DNA of 64,000 bases, taken from positions 193,874,001-193,938,000 of the forward strand of contig NC_042998.1 in assembly GCF_006345805.1 (NCBI RefSeq). The letters are read 5' to 3'. The first letter of the stretch is position 1; every line of letters begins with the position of its first letter. Position numbers and translations under genes: made by a program. The notes under the pieces were generated by a model. That model saw only the letters and a program-made list of their open reading frames with translations. It searched no databases and was not told the DNA's origin. Origin of the DNA: Octopus sinensis (lineage: Eukaryota). Below are positions 12,866 to 27,059 of the stretch, piece by piece.

Positions 12866-13379
12866 AACCCATATTTTGCTTATGTGATTAAAGTCCTTTT
12901 TATTTGTTGTTTCATGAACGAAGAAGTTTTTGCTTTCTTATTTTAGAATAAGTACGAAATAAACAGATATAAGGAACAGAGGTTGTGTGGCAAATACTTA
13001 ATATTCGACTTAAACTTCATAGTGTTGAAAGTTGATGTAACCGGCTGAGGTTATTTCTCGTGCGTTGGAAGAAAATTCTTTAAAAATGACCTTGCCTCAA
13101 ACTAATAACTATACTTTCCCTCTCAGCGACGTTACAGAGAATATAACCAATATTAGACATAAACTTTTCTAATATCTTTTAAGTGCAAGACTTTTCGTCA
13201 TTTATCAAAGAAATGAATAGAAAAAGGCACTAAAAGAAAAAAAAAAACAATAAATAACTTAATCAAATCAAATTACTTTCGTTTCGCTTTCGCTTGTAGG
13301 AGAGTAATATAAATTGTGACGTTTTCGTTAATTATTTAAGATTAATTAACTTTCGTGCCAGATAGTTCAGAATACGCGG

Positions 13380-13692
13380 GCGCACATACACACACATACA
13401 CACGCACGTGCACGCACACATACACACGTATGTGCACACACACATACACACACATACACACACATACACGTATATATATACACACACAGATACATACATA
13501 AAACAGATGAAAGACGTAGTGCATACGTACATACAGACACACACACAAACATACACACACATATACATACATACATACATACAAACATACAAACATACAT
13601 ACATACATACATACATACATACAAACATACATACATACATACATACATACATACATACATACATACATACATACAACATACATACATACATA
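13380..13692. repeat. (CA)/(CATA)n microsatellite
   Basis: Direct reading. Confidence 0.95.
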
Positions 13693-14225
13693 CGCACTAC
13701 AGCCACAAAGGATACTCATCAAACAGTGATCATACGAGGTGGTGGACCTATAACCCCATCCCAAGAGAAGGAGATTATTACAAGAGTCGTCACCAGTTCA
13801 GACGTTAGAAGTCTAATCAACTCGACATCCTCCATGCAAAGAAGAAAGATAGTCGCGGCAGAGTTGCAGGGATGGCAATCCGACTTATTCAATTAGCAGC
13901 TGCAGCAGATGCATCAGCTGCAATAGATGTAGAAGTAAGAGAAGGACAATGATTTATCATTACCGTTATTATTGCTTCTCTATTGTGCTTTCTTTTTCCT
14001 CCGCCGCATTATCAGGATTGTTTACGTGTACTTCAAGAGTATGTATGGTGTATTGTTTTATGTGTGTCTCTTTCACGAATTCAGTTTGTGATCCAACTTA
14101 TGTAAGATGCACCTAGTTATCTCCCTTTTTTATTAACATAAGTACAAAGAAAATTATTATTTTAACTGTTTTCTTATTTATTATTTCCGAACTACGTTCA
14201 CACGCTTTAAACCGTTGTGATCAAT

Positions 14226-14459
14226 ACTCTTTTACTCTTTTACTTGTTTCAGTCATTTGATTGTGACCATGCTAGAACACCGCCTTTAGTCGAGTAAATC
14301 GACCCCAGGACTTATTCTTTGTAAGCCTAGTACTTATTCTATCGGTCTTTTTTTCCGAACCGCTAAGTTACGGGGATGTAAACACACCAGCATCGGTTGT
14401 CAAGCGATGTTGGGGGGACAAACACAGACACACAAACATAGACACACACACACACACAC

Positions 14460-14499
<40 letters not shown>

Positions 14500-14790
14500 T
14501 GTGTGTGTGTGTGTGTGTTTGTGTGTCTGTGTTTGTCCCCCCAACATCCCCGTAACTTAGCGGTTCGGCAAAAGAAACCGATAGAATAAGTACTAGGCTT
14601 ACATATATATATATATATATATATACGACGGGCTTCTTTTCAGCTTTCGCCTACCAAATCCACTCACAAGGCTTAGGTCGGCCCGAAGCTGTAGTAGAAG
14701 ACACTTGCCCAATGTGCCACGCAGTGGGACTGAATCCGGAACCATGTGGCTGGTAAGCAAGCAACTTACCACACAACCACTCCTGCGCCA
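14226..14790 (-). mobile_element. SINE family B with internal inverted duplication
   Basis: Family B sequence; 14321-14602 forms a foldback. Confidence 0.85.
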
Positions 14791-15029
14791 ATGTAAACTA
14801 TGTTTATATATTTAAAGAAAAACATTCATATGACTGGAGTTAATAAATGGAAATAATTAAAAGCATAATTAGAAATACTTATGCAGCGAAGAAAATCAGC
14901 TTAAGTCCAATGACTAATATTAATTTAATCAACTTGGAAAATACAGGAGACATCTCTGAATATGTTTTGGTTCTATTAGACTTCTTCAGTAAAGCTCCAC
15001 TTCCCACACAGATATACAATATTACACAT

Positions 15030-15425
15030 GAGTAGCGCGTGGCTGTGTGGTAAGTAGCTTGCTTACCAACCACATGGTTCCGGGTTCAGTCCCACTGCGT
15101 GACACTTTGGGCAAGTGCCTTCTACTATAGCCTTGGGCCGACCAAAGCCTTGTCAGTGGATTTGGTAGACGGAAACTGAAAAGAAGCCCGTCGTATATAT
15201 GTATATGTACGTGTGTGTATATGTCTGTGAGTCTGTGTTTGTCCCCCCTAGCATCTCTTGACAATTGATGCTGGTGTGTTTACGTCCCCGGAACTTAGCG
15301 GTTCGGCAAAAGCGGCCGATAGAATAAGTACTAGGCTTACAAAGAATAAGTCCTAGGGGTCGATTTGCTCGACTAAAGGCAGTGCTCCAGCATGACCGCC
15401 GTCAAAGGACTGAAACAAGTAAAAG
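15030..15425 (+). mobile_element. SINE family B
   Basis: Full head-microsatellite-tail structure ending gactgaaacaagtaaaaga. Confidence 0.85.
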
Positions 15426-15514
15426 ACTAAAATTGTATATTTAAAAAGACTAGTATTGTTAACAAAACATACTGGGAGGTGAACTCTGATTCAATGAAAT
15501 ATACTCTCTCTCCT

Positions 15515-15581
<67 letters not shown>

Positions 15582-15903
15582 GTGCGCGCGCGCTCTGAAC
15601 CTATTCATATCTGAAAAGCAAGCAAGAAAAATAAGTTCAATAAAATTAATTAATTGAATTTTTTTTTTAATATAAAAGTAATGCAGACGAGAGTGAATTT
15701 AGTCTTTAAAACTTACTGGTGAAAACATGAGATGTCTCAGTCTTATTAAAACTTCTTAGCGAAGCATTTCTATTCTGCAGTCTATATTTAAAAGCGATTA
15801 ACATATTGAGAGAAACAAGGGGGAATGTAGTGACATTGTGGCTGAGGGAATCGTTTCTGAATACTGTACTAAACATACACGCGGTACACATGCGTAATAG
15901 AAA

Positions 15904-16120
15904 GGCAGCGAACTGGCAGAATCGTTAGCACGCCGGGCGAAATCCTTAGCCGTATTTCGTCTGCCGTTACGTTCTGAGTTCAAATTCCGCCGAGGTCGAC
16001 ATTGCGTTTCATCCTTTCGGGGTCGATAAATTAAATACCAGTTGCGCACTAGGGTCGATGTAATCGACTTAATTCGTTTGTCCCCTCTGTGTTTAGCCCC
16101 TTGTGGGTAGTAAAGAAATA
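15904..16120 (+). mobile_element. SINE family A
   Basis: Head ggcagcgaactggcagaatcgttagc with B-box-like gagttcaaattcc. Confidence 0.85.
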
Positions 16121-16385
16121 GGTACACATGTGTAATACAGAGAGTTAAACAAACTTCAATTAAATTACTTTACCTATGCACTCAGTACATAAAAACTCCC
16201 TCTAGAGTTATTTAAAATCTAAAAGTAACAACCGAGCGATAATTCCAATAAAATCAACTAACTGAATTTTACAAAAATTAAACAATATACTTAACAAAGA
16301 ATCTTGTCTTTAAAGCTAAACTGGTGGAAGCAAGTCTTATCAGACCTCTTCGGCATTGTACAGTCAACTCAATTGACAAATCTTC

Positions 16386-16795
16386 GGATCTTTTCGGTTT
16401 GACCGGCAGTTTTTTTAAATAATTTCTACGTAACTAAACACTTTTAAACTTCGTATACTGGTAGAATGTGTTTATAAAACATCTTTTCTCTTGGCTTTAT
16501 TGAGAAAATTCTATAGTTTGTAAGATATTTGTTGTTTTTTTCTTCAATTTCTGCAATTTCAACCAATCAATGACGTCTATTGAGGTGAAAACATTCTGTG
16601 CCGTATGAATATGTCCCTCGTTTAAGAAACAGATTGGGTTTATTTACATTTGTGAAGAAAAAAAGATGCCCTTCCCCCCACCCCTAACCCTAAAACAGAT
16701 TGAAATGCAATAGATCGATACTAGGGTCATAATTATGAGTGACAATTTCATATGACACCGCTAGAAAAAAACTGCCGTTCAAACCGAAAAGATCC
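16386..16795 (+). mobile_element. MITE with ~30-bp TIRs (GGATCTTTTCGGTTTGACCGGCAGTTTTT)
   Basis: Terminal inverted repeats; second copy in opposite orientation at 45584-46002. Confidence 0.85.
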
Positions 16796-16949
16796 AAGAT
16801 TTCAATTAGCTGCTTTTACTGGAGTTAAGCCCTTGCTTGTTTTCAGATTTTTAAACACTCCTGGCGAGAGGTTATGCATGAACAACCAACCGATCGAAGT
16901 TTTTGACTTACTTTATTACATATATGAGACACCTACTCTGTTTATACTT

Positions 16950-17700
16950 ACTATACAGAATGTTTCCTTTGAGAAATCTCCCTCGGCCCTCTTATTTCTA
17001 ATTAGGTATTTTACATTCAGTACAAATATTCTGACACCAACCTATTTTTATAGAGTTTACATTGTTTAATCTACGAAGATACTTTCCATCAATGATCTCT
17101 GTTTTATTATTACGTCTCATTCTCTCCTAATCATTATATTTTGAAAACTTCTCATCTTCTTTCAAAACTGGTCAAAAGAAATCGATATAATGACTAATAA
17201 ATAGTGTTTCCTGATACTATCCTAAATTATAAAATCTAGAGATTTCCATAATTTCCCTATCAGTTTGTACAGGCATGTCCAAATGTATTTTTGTCTGTTC
17301 ATTTTCAATAATACTTGTTGGTGAATATTTATATCATTCATCGTCTACCCTGATATGATAGTATTTTCATATTGCCCAATTAATATATTTACATTATCTG
17401 TCATGCCTGTCTATGCATTCTGATTTGTATAAGAATGGATAATATGACCGACTGCATTTTAAGATTCGTTTCACGTTCTCTATGTTATATTTCTATCTTC
17501 ATAAAGTTTCTTATGTTTTCTTTTGGTCTTGTAATGTTCCTGGTAATAAAACATCCTACTTCTCTGCCTTTGGATGAGAAATACTAAATCGTATCTTCCC
17601 AGTCGTATCCATTGTTAGATTTATTATTCTTCTGTGACTAAAAATTTGGATAAATTATTTTAAGAGCTAATCTAGAATTCAACATAGAACGGATTTATGT
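16950..17700 (-). mobile_element. Highly degenerate R4/Dong-clade LINE 3' part
   Basis: Broken frames give RHD, IIENEQTKIHLDMPVQTDREI and EKFSKY, resembling the RLE domain. Confidence 0.5.
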
Positions 17701-19467
17701 AATTAAGATAATTCAATCTTTATCTGTGTACGATCTTTCTCGAAAAGCAAAACTATTGGTTAATTTTCACTGGACAGTCAACCATCATCCGCTATCTTTC
17801 AGACTAACCACCTCTTGGTGATGGACCTTTTTTTTTTTCAAAGGGAAAACGGTTGCGATACTCAACCTATACAACCAACCTTTCCGCCATCCAAGAATTT
17901 GGACCCGGAGATCTCCATTTCCAGCGACTTCGACGGTCACCTGCCAGTGGTGTCGGGCGTCAACGAAGAGCTCTCGACTACAACAAGACGACCAAAGTTT
18001 TTCTTTTTTTTCCAAGGTTGGGGTCTCCCGCCCCTAAGCCCTAGACCATCACCTAATCACCCTTATCCGTCTTGTTGCTTAACAACTACAACAACCAACC
18101 TTTCCTCCTACCACCTAGGACACCAACTCTTCTAGGATAAATCAATTTATCATTTTTGATAAACCTTGTGTAGTATATATCGTTTCCTTAATTTGAACTG
18201 TGGTAGATTGAATAAAGGATATTTTTTACTATCCGGAGTAGACTTTCAAAATAGTTACACGCAGTTTTGGGATTTTGTAATTTTCTCTTCAATTTTTCAT
18301 TTTTCTGAATTTCACTTCTTAACACCGTAAACATAAGGTTGGTCCGGTTCTACTTTAGACAGCAGAAAAGACTGCAGAGTAAGAGAAATGGGGTAAATTA
18401 AGGAAATAGAGAGTCTAAGTATTGCCTAGCAGAAATGGACGACGTCCTACGCATCCGTCATAGAGCAAATATTAAAAAGAAAAACAAAACGAGAAAATAT
18501 CAGAATGACTAATGCAAGCGTCTGTGAATCTCCAAATCAAACATCACAAAGGCAAGAAAATTACTGAAGAAATGCTAATACAAGAGAAAGAAATAAGTAA
18601 GAAACTGAAATAAAATTTACTAACGCAATGACACTTCAAATATGAGGCGGGCTGTTGCTGCTTTTAAAAGAAAAATAGAAAGAAGCATGAAAGATGAGAA
18701 ATTATTTCAATACAAGACAATTCATGAGTTTGAAGTAGCAAGAATAGAAACTATTTAGGAAATATGGATGTTAAAATGTTCAAAATGTAAGGCAAAGATA
18801 TAATGAAAGGAAAGGTTTCAAGCAGCTCAGAAACAAATCGTAAATTCAATGTATGTTGTAGTAATAGAGAGAACTTGCAAAAACTAACACTTTTAACATC
18901 CTTCTTCGTGTTTACAATATTATATCTGAAACCAGTGCATTTGTAGTTAGGGTGTTGTAAACTTCGAGGTTCTGAGAACATTTTGACCAGTTTTCGTTTA
19001 GGTTGAAGTGTTTTATTATTAAACCCATAGTAATTTTCTTTTTCAGTAATATCCATTAATTTATAATGTCTGCCCCTAGCTGGTTGTTACCAATAATTTT
19101 AAACCATTTCCGTACAAGAAATGACGAACCTATTTCTCGTAGGCCGTGTAACTTCCTCCTGTCTGATTCCGCTATTTTGTTAGAATTGTTCGTGCAGAGA
19201 AATAGATGAATGTATAAATCACGCTGGATATATTTCTGATTGCAAAAGTTTTGATTTCAATTTTACTTCTTTTTTAATGATATTGCATTTTCCAGTTTTT
19301 CTTCGTTTAACTAATGTAACACTTCATTATTACAGCTATCTTATTTCCATGGAATATTTCCCATATCTAGACCTGACACTGTCAAATGTTTTATAGGTTA
19401 TACATACCACGCTTTAGCTTTGAAATTTTCCCTCTAATTGATTTCAATATTAGTGGCTTGTTTGCTG

Positions 19468-19864
19468 CTCTCTCTTTACTTGTTTCAGTCATTTGACTGC
19501 GGCCATGCTGGAGCACCGCCTTTAGTCGAGCAAATCGACCCCGGGACTTATTCTTTTGTAAGCCCAGTACTTATTCTATCGGTCTCTTTTGCCGAACCGC
19601 TAAGTGACGGGGACGTAAACTTACCAGCATCGGTTGTCAAGCAATGCTAGGGGGATAAACACAGACACACAAACACACACACATATATATATACATATAT
19701 ACGACGGGCTTCTTTCAGTTTCCGTCTACCAAATCCACTCACAAGGCATTGGTCGGCCCGGGGCCATAGCAGAAGACACTTGCCCAAGATGCCACGCAGT
19801 GGGACTGAACCCGGAACCATGTGGTTGGTTAGCAAGCTACTTACCACACAGTCACTCCTGCGCC
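19468..19864 (-). mobile_element. SINE family B
   Basis: Full-length copy with CpGs intact. Confidence 0.88.
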
Positions 19865-19942
19865 TATAGTTTCTTTATTATTTTTTGGGGGGTGGGGATG
19901 TTCCGCGTTTATATATCCTCATATCTATCTATCCATATATAT

Positions 19943-19988
<46 letters not shown>

Positions 19989-21782
19989 ATATATTCTATT
20001 TCTGTTGTTAGAGGTGTTATCATTGTTGAATGTCTCTGTCAACTAATGGCAGACTAAAGATACTAAATCGGCCAATCGAGCAATGTGTATACAGCGAATC
20101 GTCTCCCCGTATGTAGTATATACTTTTGCGTAGGGGACGTAGTTAAAAGGATGTAACAGCTTCAGGACAGTTATCTCAAATAGTCCGACGCTCACTTAGC
20201 CAATACGGGAGACAACTCTCGTTACGTTTCGACGATTATGGTCGTGAACGTAACATAAGTCATCGTGAACGCGTTGTCTAAATATTTAAAACTTGAAACT
20301 GTTTTACTGCGCATTATCAATCACGTGGCGAATTTGTTGAGAGCTGTGTTGATATTAGACTGAAGATATCAAGTGAAGTGGTTCTCTTTTGTATTGTTTA
20401 CCGTCGTTGTTAGGTTTATATTTCGTGACTTGCTTTTTATTTTTATTTTCATATATTCCTACCGTTCGTTATGCACTTAATAAAACATACTTTACAGGGA
20501 AGTACAGCATTGAATACTGTCTGTATTGTTTGTAACGCAATCAAAATTTCACTCAATATTACCTATGAAATAACGTTTCTTACAAAAGAGCCACATTTAC
20601 TTTCTTTCTGACACTGTCTGCTTGAGATGGCCTCAAAGAACTCAGCATGCTGACATTCCATTCAATGTTCTATCGATTCCTTAATAAATAGCAAGAAATT
20701 AATGCACTGCAATGAAATTTTGCAGACAGCCATAGGGTTGCATTCCTCAACAGATATTTATAAATGTTTCCTATTATATTTCAATTGCTAAATATGAATC
20801 TATAATTATTGTGTGTGCGTGTGTAGTTTCGGATAACTACCTATGTTTATGATCATGTGAGTGTGTGTGTCATTTTGTCTCCATTAATATGATTTAATAT
20901 TTCTTTGAGTATTTTTATATAATCGTGCGTAAAATTATGAGTGAATTTTTCTTCGTCTATGTACATACATGGTTCGGTCTTTATACCTATCTACAATGCA
21001 TGTATCGGTGTATTTTCATACATACTAGTACTTCACGTTTGTCTATTAGATAAGTTATGAGAAGAATTTGTCTGCTTTATTCCCATCTATTGAAAACTTC
21101 TTCAATATTCAATTTCTTTTGGCTGCTCGTCATACATAAAAGATATTTATATCTAGTTTTTTTTTTTATAACTAAATATGATTCTTTTATACGATGGTTA
21201 GTCGAAATTCTGTGTATAGACGTCTGGTCGGGAGTCTCATGATAATTGTTTATATGAAACTACTTTCATATGGTGGATTTGACATATAACATCCTCAGTG
21301 GATATGTTTTTTAGGATAAAACAAGATGTACATCATGATAATGCGTTTCTGTTCAAGCGTTTACATTCATGTGTATTTTGCAATCTCTTGGAGTGCAGTT
21401 CGACTGCCTGTCTGTCAAAGTTGTGTTCTTGTAGCAGGATTGGACAGTTTTACAATCACACAGTTTGTAAGAAAAAACATTGATCCGTCGGCGTGGTGGT
21501 GGGAATTACAGCAGTTTAAATGCAGCATTAACAGCATCAATCTCATCGGTCTCGATGCGACTTCAAAGGTCATGAGCAGTGCCTCCTTCCTTTAGACCAA
21601 GCCAGTAAAAAATTAAAATCATTAATTCTTCGAAAATGGTGAACACATTCTTATACAGTTGATGACGGCGTTTCTCAGACCTTCAGAATAAGTTGTTATC
21701 AGACCAGAGTTTTGGCCCGAATGCTTGGAGCATCATCATTTTTTTTCTTAACGAATTGCAACTATATTTATAAATATAGTTG

Positions 21783-21995
21783 CCATGATAGATTGTTTGC
21801 CACTACACACATTTTTTTCTCTCCTTGTTTCTCTCCTTGTTTTTTCTGTGTCCCTTTCTGTAGAAGAGCGTAGGCTCAAAACGTAAAATACTTTTTTTAT
21901 TCCTGAGCGTTATACTAATACATCTGTTTGTTTTGTACACCACCTGTCTTCGTCTTTTATTTGGTTGTTTGTTTTTTGTAAACTCTCCCTATATA
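21783..21995 (+). mobile_element. Short hammerhead-bearing element (degenerate copy)
   Basis: ctgtaga-a-gagc gtag gctc-aaaac-gta at 21854-21889; same family as 23808-24010; ends in tatata. Confidence 0.55.
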
Positions 21996-22615
21996 TTTAT
22001 AAATGTCATTTTATATAATTGCCATTTTTATCTGTTTAACTTCATTTTAAATCTGTTTTGTGTTTAAATATATTTGTGGAGGTCGTTCGCTGTTACTACT
22101 TCTGTGGATAGCACTTCCCCTCGCTAAGCCAAAGGTGGCCATATTGAACTACAAATAAATGACGACAGATACATGTTTACTAAAATATGTGCTCGGAACA
22201 AGAATGTCTGAGGATGAATACTTCGTTTCGATCCCAAGTTAACGGATGTAGACTCTCAGATATTCAGATATGATTTGTTCATTAAAAAAAAACAATACTG
22301 CGTCATCCAATAATCTTGGAAGGAAATATTTTCGATGCTGTGCTCAGCGAAACAGGACCGTTCACAGGAAACAGCAACAACAATGTCAGCAACAATTGTA
22401 ATAATAAGGCCAGCAGTTTTAGGAAGAAGGGGCTAGTCGGTTACATCGACTCCCGGGGTTCAACTGGTACTTATTTTATTGATTTCGAAAGGATGAAAGA
22501 CAAAGTCGACCTCAGTGGAATTTGAATTCGGAATATAAAGAACCGAAAGAAATGCGGCTAGGAATTTTGTCAGACGTGTTAACGATTCTGCCAACTTACC
22601 GCCATAGTAATATAC

Positions 22616-22648
<33 letters not shown>

Positions 22649-23769
22649 TGTATGTATGTATGTATGTATGTATGTATGTATGTATGTAGAAACGTTTTAC
22701 AGAATTAGCAAAGCGAAACAAACTAGGATAAGGCCCTCCAATAAATCCGACCATCTTCCGCTCCAGTCACTTCCTGCAACTTCCGAAATTGGTCGTGACC
22801 ATTTTCGTTTTTTAAAAAAGTGACAAACATTAACCATGAGTGAAATAGCATCTATACGAAGCTGATCTGTCAAACGATGTGAAAAATAGCAAACAGTCTG
22901 AACAAAAGAAGTGATTATATACACAACAAATCCCATCTCCTTTAGGAGTGAAATATTTCAAGGAGACGTTGTGTCTTCTCTTCTTTTTCTGCCCTTTCGT
23001 GCCTGTAGAGTAGTGTAACCAAGCTAAATATTTCCGGAATTATCCAAAGTCCCCCGGACTGAAAGAACTCTGGAATTGGCCATCCAGTTGATTTTCGTCA
23101 ACAGTAGCAATAGTAAACTGCAAGGAAAGAAAATTATGAAGTTTCATTAGTAAAAAGTAGTCAATTATTTAATCAGATTAGATATAAAGAAAGAAAGAAC
23201 TGACATGATTGACATCACTAGACAGAGACCATTGGAATGATATGGAAGGTGGAGCATAACAAAAGTGTAATTTTTTTAAATCTAATAATACTCAGCACTT
23301 AGACTAATTAATTTTAATGATACTTCTTTGTGTGTGCAAATTTCACATACGAATACGTATAAATATGTTAATGCATGCTTTCAAACATACATGCCTGTCT
23401 ATATATTTGTATGCATGCATTAAATTGTGTATGTGTATATATATATGTATACATAAATTAAAATTAAAATTTACAATGAGAGTAAGAAATTAGATATTAA
23501 TTTAATTAACATTGATTTCACACCAGTGATCTAGCATATAAAAAAACTGAAGGTTCAGTAAAATTGTATTATATACATATTAGAGGGAAACCACTATGTG
23601 GACACCCTTATGCTAGAAATAGATCCGCTATGGTCTTACCACTAAGAAATGTTCTCAAGAAAAATTTAGCAAAACAACCAAAATGTAATCGAGCAAGACA
23701 AAAGAAAAAGCATTAAAAATATGGATTATTCGCATACACGTTTCACTATTAACATATTACGTAATTTTA

Positions 23770-23806
<37 letters not shown>

Positions 23807-23807
23807 C

Positions 23808-24010
23808 GGGAAGCTTTATGAAAATAGACAAAAGACGAAGGCAGGTTTACGGAAATAAACAAAAGACGAAGGCAGGTGGAATACAAACAAACAATTGTAT
23901 TAGTATGGCGCTCAGGAAATATAAATAAAACAAGTCTTTAACGTTTCGAGCCTACGCTCTTCAACAGAAAGATACACAGAGAAAAAACACAGAAAGAAGG
24001 AGAGAAAAAA
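23808..24010 (-). mobile_element. Short hammerhead-bearing element
   Basis: Minus 23972-23935: UCUUU-CUGUUGA-A-GAGC GUAG GCUC-GAAAC-GUU-AAAGA; flanked by (TA)n. Confidence 0.6.
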
Positions 24011-24039
24011 TATATATACGTACATATAAGAATTTTTTG

Positions 24040-24205
24040 CGTAATAAGATAAAAAAACCAAGGCTGTATAGATATTAGAGCATTTCTAGATAGAAAGTCT
24101 TACAGCTATTTCTAGGATATTTATTAATAATATCCCTTCATCGGAGACGATGTGAGAGGAAAGTTAAGTCACAGTTAGTTTAGATGTGATACAAAATAGA
24201 TATAC
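24040..24205 (-). mobile_element. Short hammerhead-bearing element (second family)
   Basis: Minus 24148-24097: GUCU-CCGAUGA-AG-GGAUAUU:AAUAUCC-UA-GAAAU-AGCU-GUA-AGAC; abuts (TA)n. Confidence 0.55.
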
Positions 24206-24299
<94 letters not shown>

Positions 24300-24301
<2 letters not shown>

Positions 24302-24595
24302 AATTCTATTTGCCAACGTGGAGTGGCAGTCCTGATTAGGATGATGTTACTATCTTTTTATTTAACCCCAGGAAAACATCTTTTCCAGCTGGCTATCGAC
24401 GCACAACGGTGTCCTTATGCCACGAACAAGAGAGCTAATGTCCCCACTCATCCTTAAACGGTACCTGCGGACCATTGGTTTCTGTGTTATTTCTCTTCAT
24501 CGGCACAGGATAACCGTTGGTTTCTAATGGCAGCACTAGGGCCTTGCTTGAGGTATATACTTTTAAAGTGACACACAGTCACTGATCTCGTATGA
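24300..24595 (-). mobile_element. Short hammerhead-bearing element (third family)
   Basis: Minus 24509-24464: CCUGUG-CCGAUGA-weak stem II-GAAAC-CAAUG-GUC-CGCAGG, with a perfect 6-bp stem I; lies between (TA)n tracts. Confidence 0.5.
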
Positions 24596-24667
24596 TATAT
24601 ATAAGGGAGTTTGTTATTGTATACTTTTTTTCTTATACTGGCTTCATTCACTGGACTGCGACCTTAA

Positions 24668-24727
24668 TGGTGATGGTGGTGGTGATGTTGGTGGAGTGGG
24701 GGGTAGAAATGATGGCAAGGTAGAGAT

Positions 24728-24770
<43 letters not shown>

Positions 24771-24808
24771 CAGCAGTGGTAGTTGTGGTGGTGGTGGTGG
24801 TGGTGGTG

Positions 24809-24892
<84 letters not shown>
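24668..24892. repeat. Compound (TAG)n/(TGG)n microsatellite
   Basis: Direct reading. Confidence 0.95.
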
Positions 24893-25335
24893 CACGGGGT
24901 AATACTGCGGTAATTATGTTTAACGCTATACTGCAGTGGAACATTTAGCACATTTCTATTTCTATTCATAAATACACATGTATTACAAAATATTGTTAAA
25001 ATATGTAATTAAAACAAATTGATTGACACATTCTTTTAATTAGTTTATCTAAAACTAACCTTCTAAACTATTGGCTCACCTATGATCAAACAACTGCCCC
25101 TCCCAAAGAGAGGCGAAGTTGATGAGTGGATGAAGTAGAGTTTCTCAGCGTTTTTGCTCCACATCCAACAACAACTTCGCGAAAAATAACATGCGCCCCA
25201 CCATATGCAGATGAAGTTAGTATTAGAATATATAATGTAATATTTTGTGTGTGTAAGGGGGCGAGCTGGCAGAAACCAAAGTAAATAGATGACTCATCTC
25301 CGTACTTTGATCTTAACATGAGACCCCGCTTAACA

Positions 25336-25803
25336 TGGGACCAAGCCAGGTCGAGACAGAAACACTCATATGCGCAGCTCAAGAACAAGCGTTAAGGGCC
25401 AACTATGTCAAATGCTGAATAGACAACACTACCGACAGTGACAAATGCAGAATGTGTAGTAAGAGGGGTGAAACGGTATGGCACATCATTAGCGAATGCC
25501 TGAAATTTGCACAACGAGACTACTAAAGACGCCATGACAATGTGGCAAGAACGATCCATTGGCAGCTTTGTGGAAATCATTGCCTACAAAGAGCAAAAAC
25601 GTGGTATGAGTAAACCCGAGGAGTCACCGAGAAAGAGAATTGCAAAATCCTGTGGGATGCAATGATCCAGTGCGATCACCTGATCAGACATAGGAAACCG
25701 GATATAGTTATGGTGAATAAAAAGAAAGAACATGTATGATAATCGACATAGCAAACCCAGGTGACAACAGGATCAATGTGAAAGAAGAAGAAAAAATAAA
25801 CTG
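25336..25803 (+). mobile_element. R4/Dong-clade LINE fragment (second copy)
   Basis: Highly similar to 27795-28260; frameshifted. Confidence 0.88.
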
Positions 25804-26669
25804 CAACCGCAGGGGTTGCCGGGACTTAGCGACGGCCCTGCTGCCAGGTAGTTTGCTAGCCAGCATCTTAAGGTGGAGTCGTGTACGATTTCTACGAATG
25901 AATAACGGGTAACGGAGACGAAATCTTTTCAAATACCGATGGTAGTTAGAACGGTGTGTGTGAAAGGGGTTTTGCCGTTGAAGTCATATCATATTATTTG
26001 TGTTAGGTTTGTGTGCAGTAAAGTGATTGATGTGTACTAACGTATTCTTTGTGGCAGTCTTTGACAACAGAAATTATAATATGTGTCGCTTACAAATTGC
26101 ACAAAAATTACTATTCCTTAGCATGTCACCTAGATTTAATATATGATTATAATGAATGTCCCAGAGAGAGCTTCAGGTAAAGGTGAAATCATTCTAACCC
26201 AGCCATCAAACAAATGAGATTGAATTTGTGCAATCCGAAATAATGTACAAGTTTGTTTTTGTTTTGTTTGTTTTGTTTATTTTTGCTTGTTTTTTTGTGC
26301 TTTTTGTATACGAAACAGAATCTGCTTCAAGTAATACCAAGAAATTTCATTTCTATAATACACTGAGTATTAAGACAGAACATTGTTTAAACAATTGTGC
26401 TACGTTGATACTCGACTGTGGACATTAAACGATGTCAAGAGAAATAACTCCACAAATATTTGCTCTGACATGAGATTATTTTATGATAGTGTACAAGCAA
26501 TAAACAGAGAATAGCAATTTTTTTATGTCAGTGTCTTTGCATAAACTGGCGGAAGTACTGGTCTGAGACTGGAATTTCTAACATTCATGAATTAAAGATA
26601 TAAAAATATAAACTCTATGGCGTGGCGTCATGTAATTGTTTCAATTCTTAAAGGGATTGTAACAAATAA

Positions 26670-26837
26670 TAATGATGATGATGATGATGATGATGAAGAT
26701 GATGATGATGATGATGATGATGATGACGACGACGACGATGATGACGATGACGTCGACGATGACGTCGACGACGACGACGACGACGACGATGACGATGACG
26801 ATGATGATGATGATGATGATGATGGTGATGATGATGG

Positions 26838-26871
<34 letters not shown>

Positions 26872-26934
26872 GATGATGATGATGATGATGATGATGATGA
26901 CGACGATGACGATGACGTCGACGACGACGATGTC

Positions 26935-26970
<36 letters not shown>
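26670..26970. repeat. (GAT)/(GAC)n microsatellite
   Basis: Direct reading. Confidence 0.95.
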
Positions 26971-26972
<2 letters not shown>

Positions 26973-27059
26973 CAGTTATTTTCCACAAGGGCGAAGGATG
27001 AGGGGGACGATGCAAAGACAGACATAAAGTGTCGAGGCTTAAATATAATGAAATGATTT

